Assembly (NCBI GenBank): GCA_002293825.1
Contig: DBDW01000001.1
Coordinates: forward strand, 3,314-67,313
DNA from: Candidatus Magasanikbacteria bacterium UBA922
GTDB lineage: Bacteria; Patescibacteriota; Patescibacteriia; Magasanikbacterales; UBA922
Direction: 5' to 3'
DNA: 64,000 nucleotides
Part shown: piece by piece, positions 45,646-56,345 of the stretch
How positions within the stretch are numbered: position 1 is the first letter of the stretch
Layout: each line of letters opens with the position of its first letter
Notes under the pieces: model-generated
Told to the model about the DNA's origin: nothing
Database searches by the model: none
Seen by the model: the letters and a program-made list of their open reading frames with translations, nothing else
Program-made: the position numbers and the translations under genes

Positions 45646-48561
45646 TTAAAAATTTTGTAATTGTGTTCGCAAATTTTCTAATTTCTGTTCCGCATCAGCA
45701 AGTTTTTTCCGCTCGGATTCTACTACCGATGGTGGCGCATTATCGACAAATGATGCATTCGATAATTTCTTTTGAAGTGACACAACATATGGCTCGACCG
45801 TAGCAATTTCTTTGGTAATTCGAGCAATTTCTTTTTCAGTATCAATCGCATTTGAAAGATCAATTACAACTTCCACGTCAGATTCTACAAAAGATACTCC
45901 ACCCTCAATCGTATGTTCATTCACCGAGTCGAGTCCTGCAAGACGCATAAGTACCGGAGTGTACTCTGTAATCAATGATGAATATTCTTTTGAAGTAATC
46001 GACAATGCAATTTTTTTAGACGGTTCAATTTTATATTCAGTTCGAATTGCACGAATTTTCATTACAATATTTCTAAACACTGTATCAATGAATACAATTC
46101 CCGCGGTATCTTTCTTTCGTTTTTCTGTGATCGGATAGTGCTCTACCATGAGCGATCCCTCTCCATACATCTCCTGCCAAATCTGCTCGGTTACAAACGG
46201 CATGTATGGATGCCAGAGCTTGAGTAACGTATTCAATATATAATTCAAAAGTGTATGTTTGCCACCTTCTACTTTTGCAATTTCGAGATACCAGTCAGCG
46301 AGCTCATTCCATGTAAAATCTCGAAGTAATTCTCCTGCAATCGAAAACTGATACGACGTGAGATGAGTATTCATCTGTGCGATTACCGTATTCAATTTCG
46401 ACAAAATCCATTCATCAGCAGCGGTCTGTGCCACTGGCGCAGACACATCCTTACTCATCACCCCCTGCTCATTCTGAATCTGCAATACAATAAAACGACT
46501 AATATTCCATAATTTATTGGTAAAATTACGGAAACCTGCAACTTTGTCTTCGGACAAGCGCATATCATTGCCCGGCGTACCTCCAATAAGAAGTGACAAT
46601 CGTGTCGCATCGGTCCCATAACGCTCAATCATCTGCAACGGATCAATAATATTACCAAGTGATTTACTCATTTTTCGTCCCTGCTCATCACGTACGAGCC
46701 CATGAAGATACACTGTTTTGAATGGTACTTCGCCCAATGCATACGTACTCATGAGAATCATGCGTGCGACCCAGAAAAAAAGTATGTCATAGCCAGTTTC
46801 AAGAACTGAGGTCGGATGAAATTTCTTGAGATCATCTGTGTTTTCTGGCCAACCCAGTGTTGAAAAAGTCCATGAAGCAGAACTAAACCAGGTGTCGAGT
46901 GTGTCGGGGTCTTTAATAAAACTTTGTGACACATCCTCTTTATTAACAAATACTTTATATTTTTTAGCGGAAGTTAAATTAGATCCAAATAATTCTTTCT
47001 TTAAATCTGCCCAAGTTATGGTTTTATTCTCAACTAATGTCGTTGCTAAAGAAAAATTAATCCAACGTAAATTACCAATACTACCCCAATTATGATCTGT
47101 TCTATTATCAATCGCTTGAAAATAGCTATCTGGTAGATTGAAAATTTTTCCTTCTTTAAAATGAAGTAAAGCTTGTGCATTTTCTTTATCTGAAATATCG
47201 TAATACGCTGGAATCTGATGTCCGTACCAAATCTGCCTACTGATATTCCAATCACGCAAATTATCAATCCAATGAAAATATGTTTTATCAAATCGTTCTG
47301 GAATGATTTCGATCTCACCAGTTTTAACAACCGATTGCATTAATTTTTTCAACGTAACCGTATCCCCTGCTTTGAATTGTTTCAATTTTGAATTCTTGAG
47401 AGTAAATTCTCTGTTCACATCAATAAACCATTGTGTCTTTGGCAATGGTTCGACCACATCTCCGAAACGATCGCTCGTTCCCACGTTTTGCATCGTTTCT
47501 TCTACCTTCTCCAGTAATCCAGCATTCTCAAGCCAAGTGACAATCTTCTTTCGAGCATCTTCGACCAACATTCCTACATACTCCAATCCTGCATCTAATG
47601 TCATTTTTCCATCTTCACCGATCACCTGAACAAAATCGATATTCACTCCAGATGCTTTTTGTTTTTGGTACATCTCAAAATCAATCTGACTATGCGCAGG
47701 AGTTACCCCGAGTGCACCAGTACCAAAACTGTCGTCAACATTCTCATCTGCAATGACTTTCAATTTCAACTCATGTCCGGTCTGTCCAAAATTTTTAATT
47801 ATATATTCTTTTCCAATATAGTCTTTCCATCGTCCCTCTGGATTTACCGCAATTGCGGTATCTCCTAATTTTGTTTCTGGACGAGTCGTTGCAATCCTAA
47901 TCGGACATTCTGGTCCGTATGTAAAATAATACAGTTTCCCAGGTCGTTCGACATAGACAAGCTCGTCATCACTACACGTAGACTGTCCAGTCACCGACCA
48001 ATTAATTACCCGATACCCACGATAAATAAGACCATCATCATACATCATTTTGAACAATGTATTGACTGCCATATTTCTCGCCTCATCGAGTGTGTATGCC
48101 TCACGAGTCCAATCGAGTGATGCTCCCATTTTTCGTGCCTGATTCACAATCGTGTCATGAGACGCTTGTGCAAATTTTTCTACTTCCTCCAAAAATTTTT
48201 CACGCCCCAATTCGGTCTTAGGTTGCGCCATCCCTTGTTCAATCAATTTTTTTTCCACTTTTGATTCAGTTGCAACTGCGGCATGATCAGTTCCCGGTAT
48301 CCACACCGTGCAATCCCCTTTCATCCGATGATAGCGCGCGAGCACATCCTGTATTGCCAGCATGACCGCATGACCCATATGAAGGGTTCCGGTCACATTT
48401 GGAGGTGGCAACACCATGCTAAAATACTCACGATTCTTGAGCGCATGTACCCACGCAGGAGTATGTTCAGGTGCAAAAAAACCACCGGTTTCCCAGCGTG
48501 TATAAATCGCATCCTCATATCGTGATGGCTCGTATGCTTTGGGTAATTCTCGATTTGTCAT
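45646..48561 (-). CDS. valS: Valine--tRNA ligase
   Basis: PPPNVTGTLHMGHA (HIGH), KMSKSLGN, C-terminal coiled coil. Start at the MTNREL Met. Confidence 0.93.
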   Translation of the reverse strand: MTNRELPKAYEPSRYEDAIYTRWETGGFFAPEHTPAWVHALKNREYFSMVLPPPNVTGTLHMGHAVMLAIQDVLARYHRMKGDCTVWIPGTDHAAVATESKVEKKLIEQGMAQPKTELGREKFLEEVEKFAQASHDTIVNQARKMGASLDWTREAYTLDEARNMAVNTLFKMMYDDGLIYRGYRVINWSVTGQSTCSDDELVYVERPGKLYYFTYGPECPIRIATTRPETKLGDTAIAVNPEGRWKDYIGKEYIIKNFGQTGHELKLKVIADENVDDSFGTGALGVTPAHSQIDFEMYQKQKASGVNIDFVQVIGEDGKMTLDAGLEYVGMLVEDARKKIVTWLENAGLLEKVEETMQNVGTSDRFGDVVEPLPKTQWFIDVNREFTLKNSKLKQFKAGDTVTLKKLMQSVVKTGEIEIIPERFDKTYFHWIDNLRDWNISRQIWYGHQIPAYYDISDKENAQALLHFKEGKIFNLPDSYFQAIDNRTDHNWGSIGNLRWINFSLATTLVENKTITWADLKKELFGSNLTSAKKYKVFVNKEDVSQSFIKDPDTLDTWFSSASWTFSTLGWPENTDDLKKFHPTSVLETGYDILFFWVARMILMSTYALGEVPFKTVYLHGLVRDEQGRKMSKSLGNIIDPLQMIERYGTDATRLSLLIGGTPGNDMRLSEDKVAGFRNFTNKLWNISRFIVLQIQNEQGVMSKDVSAPVAQTAADEWILSKLNTVIAQMNTHLTSYQFSIAGELLRDFTWNELADWYLEIAKVEGGKHTLLNYILNTLLKLWHPYMPFVTEQIWQEMYGEGSLMVEHYPITEKRKKDTAGIVFIDTVFRNIVMKIRAIRTEYKIEPSKKIALSITSKEYSSLITEYTPVLMRLAGLDSVNEHTIEGGVSFVESDVEVVIDLSNAIDTEKEIARITKEIATVEPYVVSLQKKLSNASFVDNAPPSVVESERKKLADAEQKLENLRTQLQNF

Positions 48562-48678
48562 ATAATCAAACAGTATAGATAAAATTCTATCGCAAAGAAG
48601 GAATTTTAGCAAGAATTAGGCCAATTTTAGTACATACATCCCTATTCTCACATATAAAAACATCAAAAAACCGCACTG

Positions 48679-48707
48679 TTGACAATAATTTTAATGTTTG
48701 ATATAGT
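48679..48707 (+). promoter_or_regulatory. Near-consensus sigma70 promoter: TTGACA, 17 nt spacer, TATAGT, upstream of the DHH gene
   Basis: Hexamers read from sequence; the ORF-track TTG start coincides with the -35 element. Confidence 0.45.
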
Positions 48708-48783
48708 CTGCTATTCCTTTTTTTACCTCTCTCATGCGGCAGTACAAAAGGATGTGTTTTTGAGTTTAGCACTATTTCCCCTT

Positions 48784-49929
48784 ATGGGACTCTATATACA
48801 GCAACAAGTAATTCGAGCACTTGAAGATAAGAAACAGATTCTTATCACATTCAAGAAAGAATCACACGGCGACGCCATCGCAGCGTCTTTAGCATTCAAA
48901 TTATTTGTAGAGTCCTTGGGGAAAAAAGCACATATTGCAAGCGACGGATTCATACTTGATGAACGATTCTCATTTCTCAAAGGAGCCACCTCTATCTCCC
49001 CTTCACTCGGCAATCTACATCAATTTCTCATCACCATGGATATTTCAAAAAATGGACTCGCCAATTTGAAATACGATATCAAAGATGAAAAATTACGACT
49101 ATTTATAACCCCAAAAAATGGCTTCTACACCAAAGACATGGTGCGTACAAGCCAGACTGAATTCAAATATGATGCAATTGTGACACTCGACACTCCAAGT
49201 CTCACATCACTTGGTTCGATCTATGCACATAACGAAGAATTTTTCTTCAAAACCCCTCTGATCAATATTGACCACAAAGCATCAAATGAATTATTTGGAC
49301 ATATCAATCTCGTCGATATTCCTGCGTCCACGACCTCTGAAATATTGTATGAACTTTTGAGTTCATACAAACCTGAATTAATTACCACAGATATTGCAAC
49401 CGCATTGCTCACAGGTATTATTGCAGGTACCAATAGTTTCAAAGAGAAAAAAGTACGTCCACACACTCTTGCAATAGCAAGCAAATTAGTAGAACTCGGT
49501 GCCGATCGTTCGCACATTATTGCACAATTGTACCAAACAAAATCAATCTCAACATTCAAATTGTGGGGTACCGCACTCTCACATCTGACATACGATTCTG
49601 TATATGGAATTATCTCTACCACACTCACACGAGACGATTTTGTACGTACCGGAGCTACCACCCACGAACTCTCCGCAATCATTGATGAACTCATCTCATT
49701 TTCACCTGATGCGAAAATCATTCTTGTGTTATATGAAAATCCCAATGAAGCAATAGGAAATATACACGGAATGCTCAAAGTAATCCCAAATGTACATGCC
49801 ACCGAAACCATGAAAAAATATGCTGCCGAAGGCGATGAAGATGATGCGACATTCTCGATTTCTGGAAAAAATTTGAAAGAAGTAGAAGAGGAAATACTAA
49901 GCCATTTGAAAGAGGTAATCACTAGTTAA
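48784..49929 (+). CDS. DHH-family phosphoesterase (NrnA-like) with partially degenerate catalytic motifs
   Basis: DHH-like IDHK, DHHA1-like C-terminal region. Start uncertain: TTG at 48760 or ATG at 48784. Confidence 0.6.
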   Translation: MGLYIQQQVIRALEDKKQILITFKKESHGDAIAASLAFKLFVESLGKKAHIASDGFILDERFSFLKGATSISPSLGNLHQFLITMDISKNGLANLKYDIKDEKLRLFITPKNGFYTKDMVRTSQTEFKYDAIVTLDTPSLTSLGSIYAHNEEFFFKTPLINIDHKASNELFGHINLVDIPASTTSEILYELLSSYKPELITTDIATALLTGIIAGTNSFKEKKVRPHTLAIASKLVELGADRSHIIAQLYQTKSISTFKLWGTALSHLTYDSVYGIISTTLTRDDFVRTGATTHELSAIIDELISFSPDAKIILVLYENPNEAIGNIHGMLKVIPNVHATETMKKYAAEGDEDDATFSISGKNLKEVEEEILSHLKEVITS

Positions 49930-49951
49930 TTTCAAAATCAAAAAATTAAAT

Positions 49952-49985
49952 AAAAAACATCTTACGTAAGATGTTTTTTATTTTT
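49952..49985. terminator. Bidirectional terminator (AACATCTTAC/GTAAGATGTT between A-run and T-run) between the DHH gene and the DUF2268 gene
   Basis: Perfect 10 bp palindrome. Confidence 0.6.
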
Positions 49986-50631
49986 TCTTCCAGAAAATTT
50001 CAGCTTTCGCACCATACAACATTGAAGGTTTTTTCTTAGGATTCTGATCCAAATATTTCTGCACCAGATAAAATCCAAGTGCATATCCTGTCCATTTGGG
50101 TATTCCTCTCTTTTCTGAGCCAAAGAACCAGTCATGGTGATTGTAGGACGTATTATCGAATTCTTTTTGTGCCTTTTTCAAAAAATAGTTGACTTCTCTC
50201 TCTATGAAGATGGTATCCCATTCCTGCGGATCTTGACCTGCAATCTCGATATCAAAATGATCAGCTAGACCTTCGCTCACGAGAGCTTCGAATAAAGACG
50301 TACCATATCCAACCGCCGCCCAGCGTGCCGCATGATGAATTTCATGACTTATAGTCCGGTATAGATATTGTTCAAGTGTTTTTTTAAACCCCTTAAATGT
50401 AGGATCAAGGCTTATGTGTATCGTATGTGCGTTGGGTGTAAATCCACCAACACCCAAATGAGGGATAGTTGCCTCCGGACTGTCAGAAACAATAATATCA
50501 ACGTCTCCAAACGGAATATATTTTTTGAGCAATGATACGTGTCTTCTAATACCTTTCTGCAACTTCTTTTCATAGGGTTTGAGACGACCGGATGCACAAA
50601 GAATGTGAATAGTAGTACCACTCATACTCAC
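49978..50631 (-). CDS. DUF2268-like predicted zinc-dependent peptidase (HExxH)
   Basis: SHEIHHAARW motif; 217 aa. Confidence 0.55.
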   Translation of the reverse strand: MSMSGTTIHILCASGRLKPYEKKLQKGIRRHVSLLKKYIPFGDVDIIVSDSPEATIPHLGVGGFTPNAHTIHISLDPTFKGFKKTLEQYLYRTISHEIHHAARWAAVGYGTSLFEALVSEGLADHFDIEIAGQDPQEWDTIFIEREVNYFLKKAQKEFDNTSYNHHDWFFGSEKRGIPKWTGYALGFYLVQKYLDQNPKKKPSMLYGAKAEIFWKKK

Positions 50632-50632
50632 C

Positions 50633-52210
50633 TTAAACCAACGGTCGTCCTGTCATCTCAGGCGGTTGTTCGATGCCAAGAATCGAGAGTATGGTCGGTG
50701 CTACATCTGCCAAAATTCCCACCGGATGCATCAGACTCAAATCTCCCTCAGGAGGATCTCCGGTAGGACCTGCTTTTCCACGAAATTGTTCTCCAATAAT
50801 AAGGAATGGTACCGGATTATTACTATGCTCTTTATCTCGTTCTCCGGTTTTCAGATTGACCACCTCTTCTGCATTTCCATGATCAGCAGTAATCAATAAT
50901 ACTCCACCCTTCGCTTTCACATATTCAGCAATTTTCCCAAGTCCTTTATCCACGGCTTCACACCCCTTGATCGTAGCATTGCGATCACCGGTATGACCTA
51001 CCATATCTGCATTTGCAAAATTAAGAAGAATCACATCATATCGATCAGATTCAATCGCTTCGATTGTCTTCTTGGTAATTTCATGTGCAGACATTTCAGG
51101 TACTTTATCATACGAAGACACATTGGGAGACGGAATTATGGCACGTTCTTCACCTTCAAATGGATCTTCGACAGTGCCATTCAGAAAAAAAGTGATATGT
51201 GCATATTTTTCAGTTTCTGCAATATGGAATTGTGTAAGACCAGCCTTACTCAAAACCTCTGCAAGACAATTGTGTACCACAATTGGTGGATATGCTACTA
51301 CGACCGGAATTTCTTTTTCGTATTCAGTCATCGTCACAAATAACAAATCTTTTACATAGTCCCGTTTGAATTTATCAAAACCTGGTAATACAAAAGCTTT
51401 AGTCAATTGGCGTGCACGATCTGGACGAAAATTAAAAAAAATAACACCATCTCCAGATTCGATACGTGTAGTAGGCTTACCCTCTTTCCCTAGTACAACA
51501 GGAATAAATTCTTCATCGTACACTTGTTTTTCATACGAGGCTTCGACTGCTTCAAGTGGACGTTTGAAATACGATTCAGCCACACCCTCGACCATTGCAC
51601 GATACGCTCGCTCAACACGATCCCATCGATTATCACGATCCATTGCATAATATCTACCAGAAATAGACGCGATTTCCCCTACTCCAATTTTTTCCATTTT
51701 TTCCTGAAGCTTTGATACAAAATCTTTACCTGAATTATACAATGTATCTCGACCATCAAGAATAACGTGAACAAAGACTTTTTTAATCTTATTTCTCTTT
51801 GCAAATTCAAGTAAGGTATACAAATGATCCTGACTGGCATGCACATTACCTGGACTCAAAAGACCAATCAGATGTAGCGCTGATTTACGAGCATGTACAT
51901 GATCACGCACCTGAAGAAATGCTTTATTTTGAAAAAAAGTTCCATCAACAATTGTCTTATTGATTCGAGGAAAGGTCTGATAATATACCCGACCCGCACC
52001 GATATTGAGATGCCCCACTTCTGAATTCCCCATTTCTCCATATGATAATCCAACTTCATTTCCAGAAGCATATAAAGACATTGCCGGATATTCATGGATA
52101 AATTGATCAATATGCGGTGTCTCAGCATGATAAATTGCATTACCATCACTCGGAGGTGCAATTCCCCATCCATCAAGGATCGCAAGTACTACAGGTTTTG
52201 GGCGATTCAT
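50633..52210 (-). CDS. gpmI: 2,3-bisphosphoglycerate-independent phosphoglycerate mutase
   Basis: MNRPKPVVLAILDGWG N-terminus and metal-binding motifs. Start set at the internal Met. Confidence 0.9.
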   Translation of the reverse strand: MNRPKPVVLAILDGWGIAPPSDGNAIYHAETPHIDQFIHEYPAMSLYASGNEVGLSYGEMGNSEVGHLNIGAGRVYYQTFPRINKTIVDGTFFQNKAFLQVRDHVHARKSALHLIGLLSPGNVHASQDHLYTLLEFAKRNKIKKVFVHVILDGRDTLYNSGKDFVSKLQEKMEKIGVGEIASISGRYYAMDRDNRWDRVERAYRAMVEGVAESYFKRPLEAVEASYEKQVYDEEFIPVVLGKEGKPTTRIESGDGVIFFNFRPDRARQLTKAFVLPGFDKFKRDYVKDLLFVTMTEYEKEIPVVVAYPPIVVHNCLAEVLSKAGLTQFHIAETEKYAHITFFLNGTVEDPFEGEERAIIPSPNVSSYDKVPEMSAHEITKKTIEAIESDRYDVILLNFANADMVGHTGDRNATIKGCEAVDKGLGKIAEYVKAKGGVLLITADHGNAEEVVNLKTGERDKEHSNNPVPFLIIGEQFRGKAGPTGDPPEGDLSLMHPVGILADVAPTILSILGIEQPPEMTGRPLV

Positions 52211-52221
52211 AAAAGCAGAGA

Positions 52222-53802
52222 TCAAAATAGTGATTTTCCCGTCATCTCACGAGGCGGTGTTCCACCAATCATCTTGATAATAGTAGGTGCCACATCAGCA
52301 AGTATTCCATCTTTCAATTTTATTCCCTTCGTATTATTCCGAATCAAAATACATGGTACTGGATTGAGACTATGCTCAGTATCCACTTCACCCGTCTTCA
52401 TATTCTTCATCTCTTCAGCGTTTCCATGATCCGCAACAATCAATACCTGCCCATCACGTCGAAGGGTTTCAGACACCACATCTCTCACACATTCATCAAT
52501 CGTTGCGACCGCACGTTGAGCAGCTTTGAAATTTTGCGTATGCCCAATCATATCTGCATTTGCATAATTAATGCAATAAAATTCATAGGCATCTTTTTTC
52601 ATACATCCCAACACTCTTTTGGTAATCTCGTGAGCAGCCATCTGTGGCTCATCATCATGATGCACCACCGTCTTTGATTCGACCTTCAGCCGATCTTCCC
52701 CATTCACAGGATCAGCGTATCCGCCATTAATAAAATATGTGACATGTGCATATTTTTCAGACTCGGCGATATACAGTTGTGTCAAATGAGAAAGTGCCAA
52801 AGGGAGTGTATTGTGTACATCTGGAGACGGAAATGCAGTCAAAATTTTTTCCAAATCAGGGCCAAAATCTGTCAAAGCAACAAATCGAATATTTTTTGGA
52901 ATTTTCCCTCGTCTAAATGCTCCGGGATTTTTCTTATTAAAATCTTCCTGCACAAATGCCTTAGTAATCTGCCGAGCACGATCTGATCGTGCGTTAAAAA
53001 ACATAATTACATCATGATCGTTCACCGTACCTACCGGTTTTCCCGTACCATCCACCACGACCGTAGGCGTAATAAATTCATCAGTCTCTCCTCGATTATA
53101 TGCCTGCTCAATCGCTTCTTCTGCACTTCCGACCAGATGACCCTTACCCATAGCCAGCGCCTCATACGCCTCTCTCGTACGATCCCAATTTTTATTTCGA
53201 TCCATGCCATAGAGACGTCCCATTATCGTAGCGATTTTTTCAGTATGCAACATATGACCACGAAGCTCGTGTAAGTACGTCATAGCTGCATGCGGACCTG
53301 AATCACGACCATCAGTAAACAAGTGTAGGTACACCTCGCCCATTCCCTCTCTACGACACAGCTCGAGTAATGCATACAAATGCTCTGGATACGAATGTGC
53401 TGAATTACCATCAGTCAACAAACCCATAAGATGTACTGCTGATTTGTATTTTTTTGCATGAAATAATGCTTGCTTAAATGCCTCATTTTTGAAAAATGTT
53501 CCATCATGAATCGTGTCTGAAATAGAAACAAGATCCTGTTTTACAATACGCCCAGCTCCAATATTCAAATGTCCTGCCTCTGAATTACCTCGCTGACCAG
53601 GAAAAAGTCCTACATACTCTCCATGCGTCTTCAATTTTGAAGTAGGATATTTTTCCATATACTCAAAAATGTTTGGCGCAGTGTCAGGAGTAATGGCATT
53701 ACCTTGATTTTTCAACGGTGCAAGTCCAAATCCATCGAGAATAATGAGGATCGTTGGTGAATGTCCACTAGTTGATTGAATTTTTATTTTTTTTGAAGAC
53801 AT
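52222..53802 (-). CDS. Second, diverged iPGM paralog in tandem
   Basis: PTILIILDGFG...GNSEAGHLNIGAGR and full-length iPGM architecture; 11 nt upstream of gpmI. Confidence 0.85.
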   Translation of the reverse strand: MSSKKIKIQSTSGHSPTILIILDGFGLAPLKNQGNAITPDTAPNIFEYMEKYPTSKLKTHGEYVGLFPGQRGNSEAGHLNIGAGRIVKQDLVSISDTIHDGTFFKNEAFKQALFHAKKYKSAVHLMGLLTDGNSAHSYPEHLYALLELCRREGMGEVYLHLFTDGRDSGPHAAMTYLHELRGHMLHTEKIATIMGRLYGMDRNKNWDRTREAYEALAMGKGHLVGSAEEAIEQAYNRGETDEFITPTVVVDGTGKPVGTVNDHDVIMFFNARSDRARQITKAFVQEDFNKKNPGAFRRGKIPKNIRFVALTDFGPDLEKILTAFPSPDVHNTLPLALSHLTQLYIAESEKYAHVTYFINGGYADPVNGEDRLKVESKTVVHHDDEPQMAAHEITKRVLGCMKKDAYEFYCINYANADMIGHTQNFKAAQRAVATIDECVRDVVSETLRRDGQVLIVADHGNAEEMKNMKTGEVDTEHSLNPVPCILIRNNTKGIKLKDGILADVAPTIIKMIGGTPPREMTGKSLF

Positions 53803-53895
53803 AACACATGTGTAAGCACGATAGACAACATAATGAATAGTGGCACAGTTGAGAATACTCACCCTCCGCAAACCATGATTCTCACACTTTCACAC

Positions 53896-55152
53896 CTAAA
53901 AACCCAATTCTTCTTCGATCTCCATCAATCGATTATATTTCTCAACTCGCTCTGAACGAGAAAGTGAGCCTGTCTTAATAAATTCAGAATTCACTGCCAC
54001 TGCAAGATCGGCAATAAATGTATCACCTGTCTCACCCGAACGATGTGATACTGCAATTTTGTATCCATGTTTTTTTGCCAATTCAATCGCATCAATTGTT
54101 TCTGTCAAGCTTCCAATCTGATTAACTTTAATCAAAATTGCATTTCCCACCTCTTCTTCAATGCCTTTTCTTAAACGTTCCACATTGGTAACAAACAAAT
54201 CATCTCCGACCAAAGACACTTTGCTTCCTAATTTTTTAGTAAGTATATTCCAATTCTTCCAATCATCTTCAGCAAGTCCATCTTCAAGAAAAAGAATTGG
54301 ATAACGTTTCACCCACCCATCCAACACTGCAATTACTGCCTCAGGTGAGATAGGAGTTTTTGGTCCATCAAGATAATATTTTCCCCCTCGAAAAAATTCA
54401 GAAGATGCCACATCAAGACCAAGATATACATGTGTGCCAGGTACATACCCTGCAGACTGAATCGCTTTTATAATAAGCTGAATCGCGCGCTCATTATTAG
54501 GAAGATTAGGAGCAAATCCACCCTCATCACCCACTCCTGTTGCCAAGCCTTTGTGTTGTAATAATTCTTTAAGACTGTGAAATATTTCTGATCCAATACG
54601 TACCCGCTCTCTCATTTTTTTATGTATCGGAATAATCATGAATTCTTGACAAGACAAATTATTATGCGCATGCCTTCCTCCATTCAAAATATTCATGGTC
54701 GCTACTGGCATGCGAAATTTTTTCTCCTTCAATCCAAACGTTTCACGGATATAGACGTAAAGCGGTTTTTTCTGTGCTAATGCTGCGGCGCGTGCAGTAG
54801 CAAGAGAAACTGCAAGAATTGCATTTGCACCTATATTACTTTTATTCGATGTCCCATCGAGAGCTCGCATGCGGTCATCGAGTGAACGCTGATCATAGGG
54901 ATTCATGCCCACCAACGCTTTTTTGAGTGTGGTATTGATATGTTTCACTGCTTTCAACACACCCTTTCCATGATATCGCTGCCCACCATCTCGAAGTTCA
55001 ACCGCTTCATGTGTACCAGTAGAAGCACCACTCGGTACCGCAGCCTTCCCACTACTCCCATCTCCCAACACGACCACAGCCTCAACCGTAGGATTACCGC
55101 GTGAATCTAAAATTTCACGAGCCCGCACATCTTTGATGGTATTTTTTTTCAT
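53896..55152 (-). CDS. eno: Enolase
   Basis: [32 protein letters not shown]. Confidence 0.95.
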   Translation of the reverse strand: MKKNTIKDVRAREILDSRGNPTVEAVVVLGDGSSGKAAVPSGASTGTHEAVELRDGGQRYHGKGVLKAVKHINTTLKKALVGMNPYDQRSLDDRMRALDGTSNKSNIGANAILAVSLATARAAALAQKKPLYVYIRETFGLKEKKFRMPVATMNILNGGRHAHNNLSCQEFMIIPIHKKMRERVRIGSEIFHSLKELLQHKGLATGVGDEGGFAPNLPNNERAIQLIIKAIQSAGYVPGTHVYLGLDVASSEFFRGGKYYLDGPKTPISPEAVIAVLDGWVKRYPILFLEDGLAEDDWKNWNILTKKLGSKVSLVGDDLFVTNVERLRKGIEEEVGNAILIKVNQIGSLTETIDAIELAKKHGYKIAVSHRSGETGDTFIADLAVAVNSEFIKTGSLSRSERVEKYNRLMEIEEELGF

Positions 55153-55234
55153 ACAAAATGTCGATTATGAGTAATGGTAAGTATATCAAACAAAAACGGC
55201 CTTGAAAAGGCCGTTTTTGCAAGAGTAAACACGA

Positions 55235-56143
55235 TTATTTTAATTCAAACGTAACTCCAACACGCAAGATAATATCTTCAGTTCCTGATTCAATTTGTGG
55301 AGCAGTTCCCGCACCCATAGAATCCATCATAGCATACGAACGCTCTGCATACATATATGGGTTACCTGTCATCTCGTATTCATCATACGAAACAATTGAA
55401 GAAAGATTGAGTCCCAGCATACCAGACAAGGCATTTGCTTTTTCAGAAACTTTTTTCAAAGCTTCGGTACGAGCTTCATCCAAATACGCATCTCTTTCAT
55501 CAATAGTAAATTGAAGACCACTCACATTGGTAGCACCAACCTCACCTGCCAATCCAATAATATCACTCGCTTTCTCAAGATTTCTAATTTTTACCTCAAC
55601 ATTCTGACTTACCGTATACCCTCGAAGATCTTGCTGACCTTCTTCTGTGTAATTATACAATGGGTACACTGCATAATCTCTAGTCTGAATGTCAGCAGCA
55701 TCAACACCTAATTGCTTGATTCGTGTAATCAGTGCATTCACAATTTCAGTATTCTTTTTTTGTGCTTCTGCAACTGTTGCAGCTTCATTCACCACACCCA
55801 TTGTGGTCATAGCAACATCTGGCTTCACACTTACTTTCCCCTCTCCTTCAAGACGAATTGTTCTCTCCATCGTAGGAGCTTTTCCTACGTAGTGGTATTC
55901 CTTAATTTCATTTCTAATCAAAACACCCAAAAACACAATCAAATACACAATCAAAATTCCCACAAACGTAGTCAGTAATTTCTTACCAACCCATCCACAC
56001 CACCCATGATGCGGACGCTCACACGCTCCACCCTTACAACATTCCGATGAATATTCAACACTCGCCGTACGTGTAGGCATAGACGAGGAAACTGCTGGCT
56101 GCTCATCCATTACTGGACGAGCAAATGTTTTTTTGACAGGCAT
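55235..56143 (-). CDS. SIMPL-domain (DUF541/YggE-like) membrane-anchored protein
   Basis: TM helix then SIMPL-domain pattern. Confidence 0.6.
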   Translation of the reverse strand: MPVKKTFARPVMDEQPAVSSSMPTRTASVEYSSECCKGGACERPHHGWCGWVGKKLLTTFVGILIVYLIVFLGVLIRNEIKEYHYVGKAPTMERTIRLEGEGKVSVKPDVAMTTMGVVNEAATVAEAQKKNTEIVNALITRIKQLGVDAADIQTRDYAVYPLYNYTEEGQQDLRGYTVSQNVEVKIRNLEKASDIIGLAGEVGATNVSGLQFTIDERDAYLDEARTEALKKVSEKANALSGMLGLNLSSIVSYDEYEMTGNPYMYAERSYAMMDSMGAGTAPQIESGTEDIILRVGVTFELK

Positions 56144-56345
56144 ATATATAAACTCAAAACTTAAAGTTCAAAAAATTAAAATAAAATAAAATTCAAAATA
56201 CATACGATGACGGAAGTATACCACAAAACGATATTTTATTCTTTTATAAGATGTGGATAGAAAAAATATTACCAATTAATCTAATCACTCTTTCACACCA
56301 TACACAAAAAACAAAAACTTCATCTCCATTTTTACACGTATTCTT

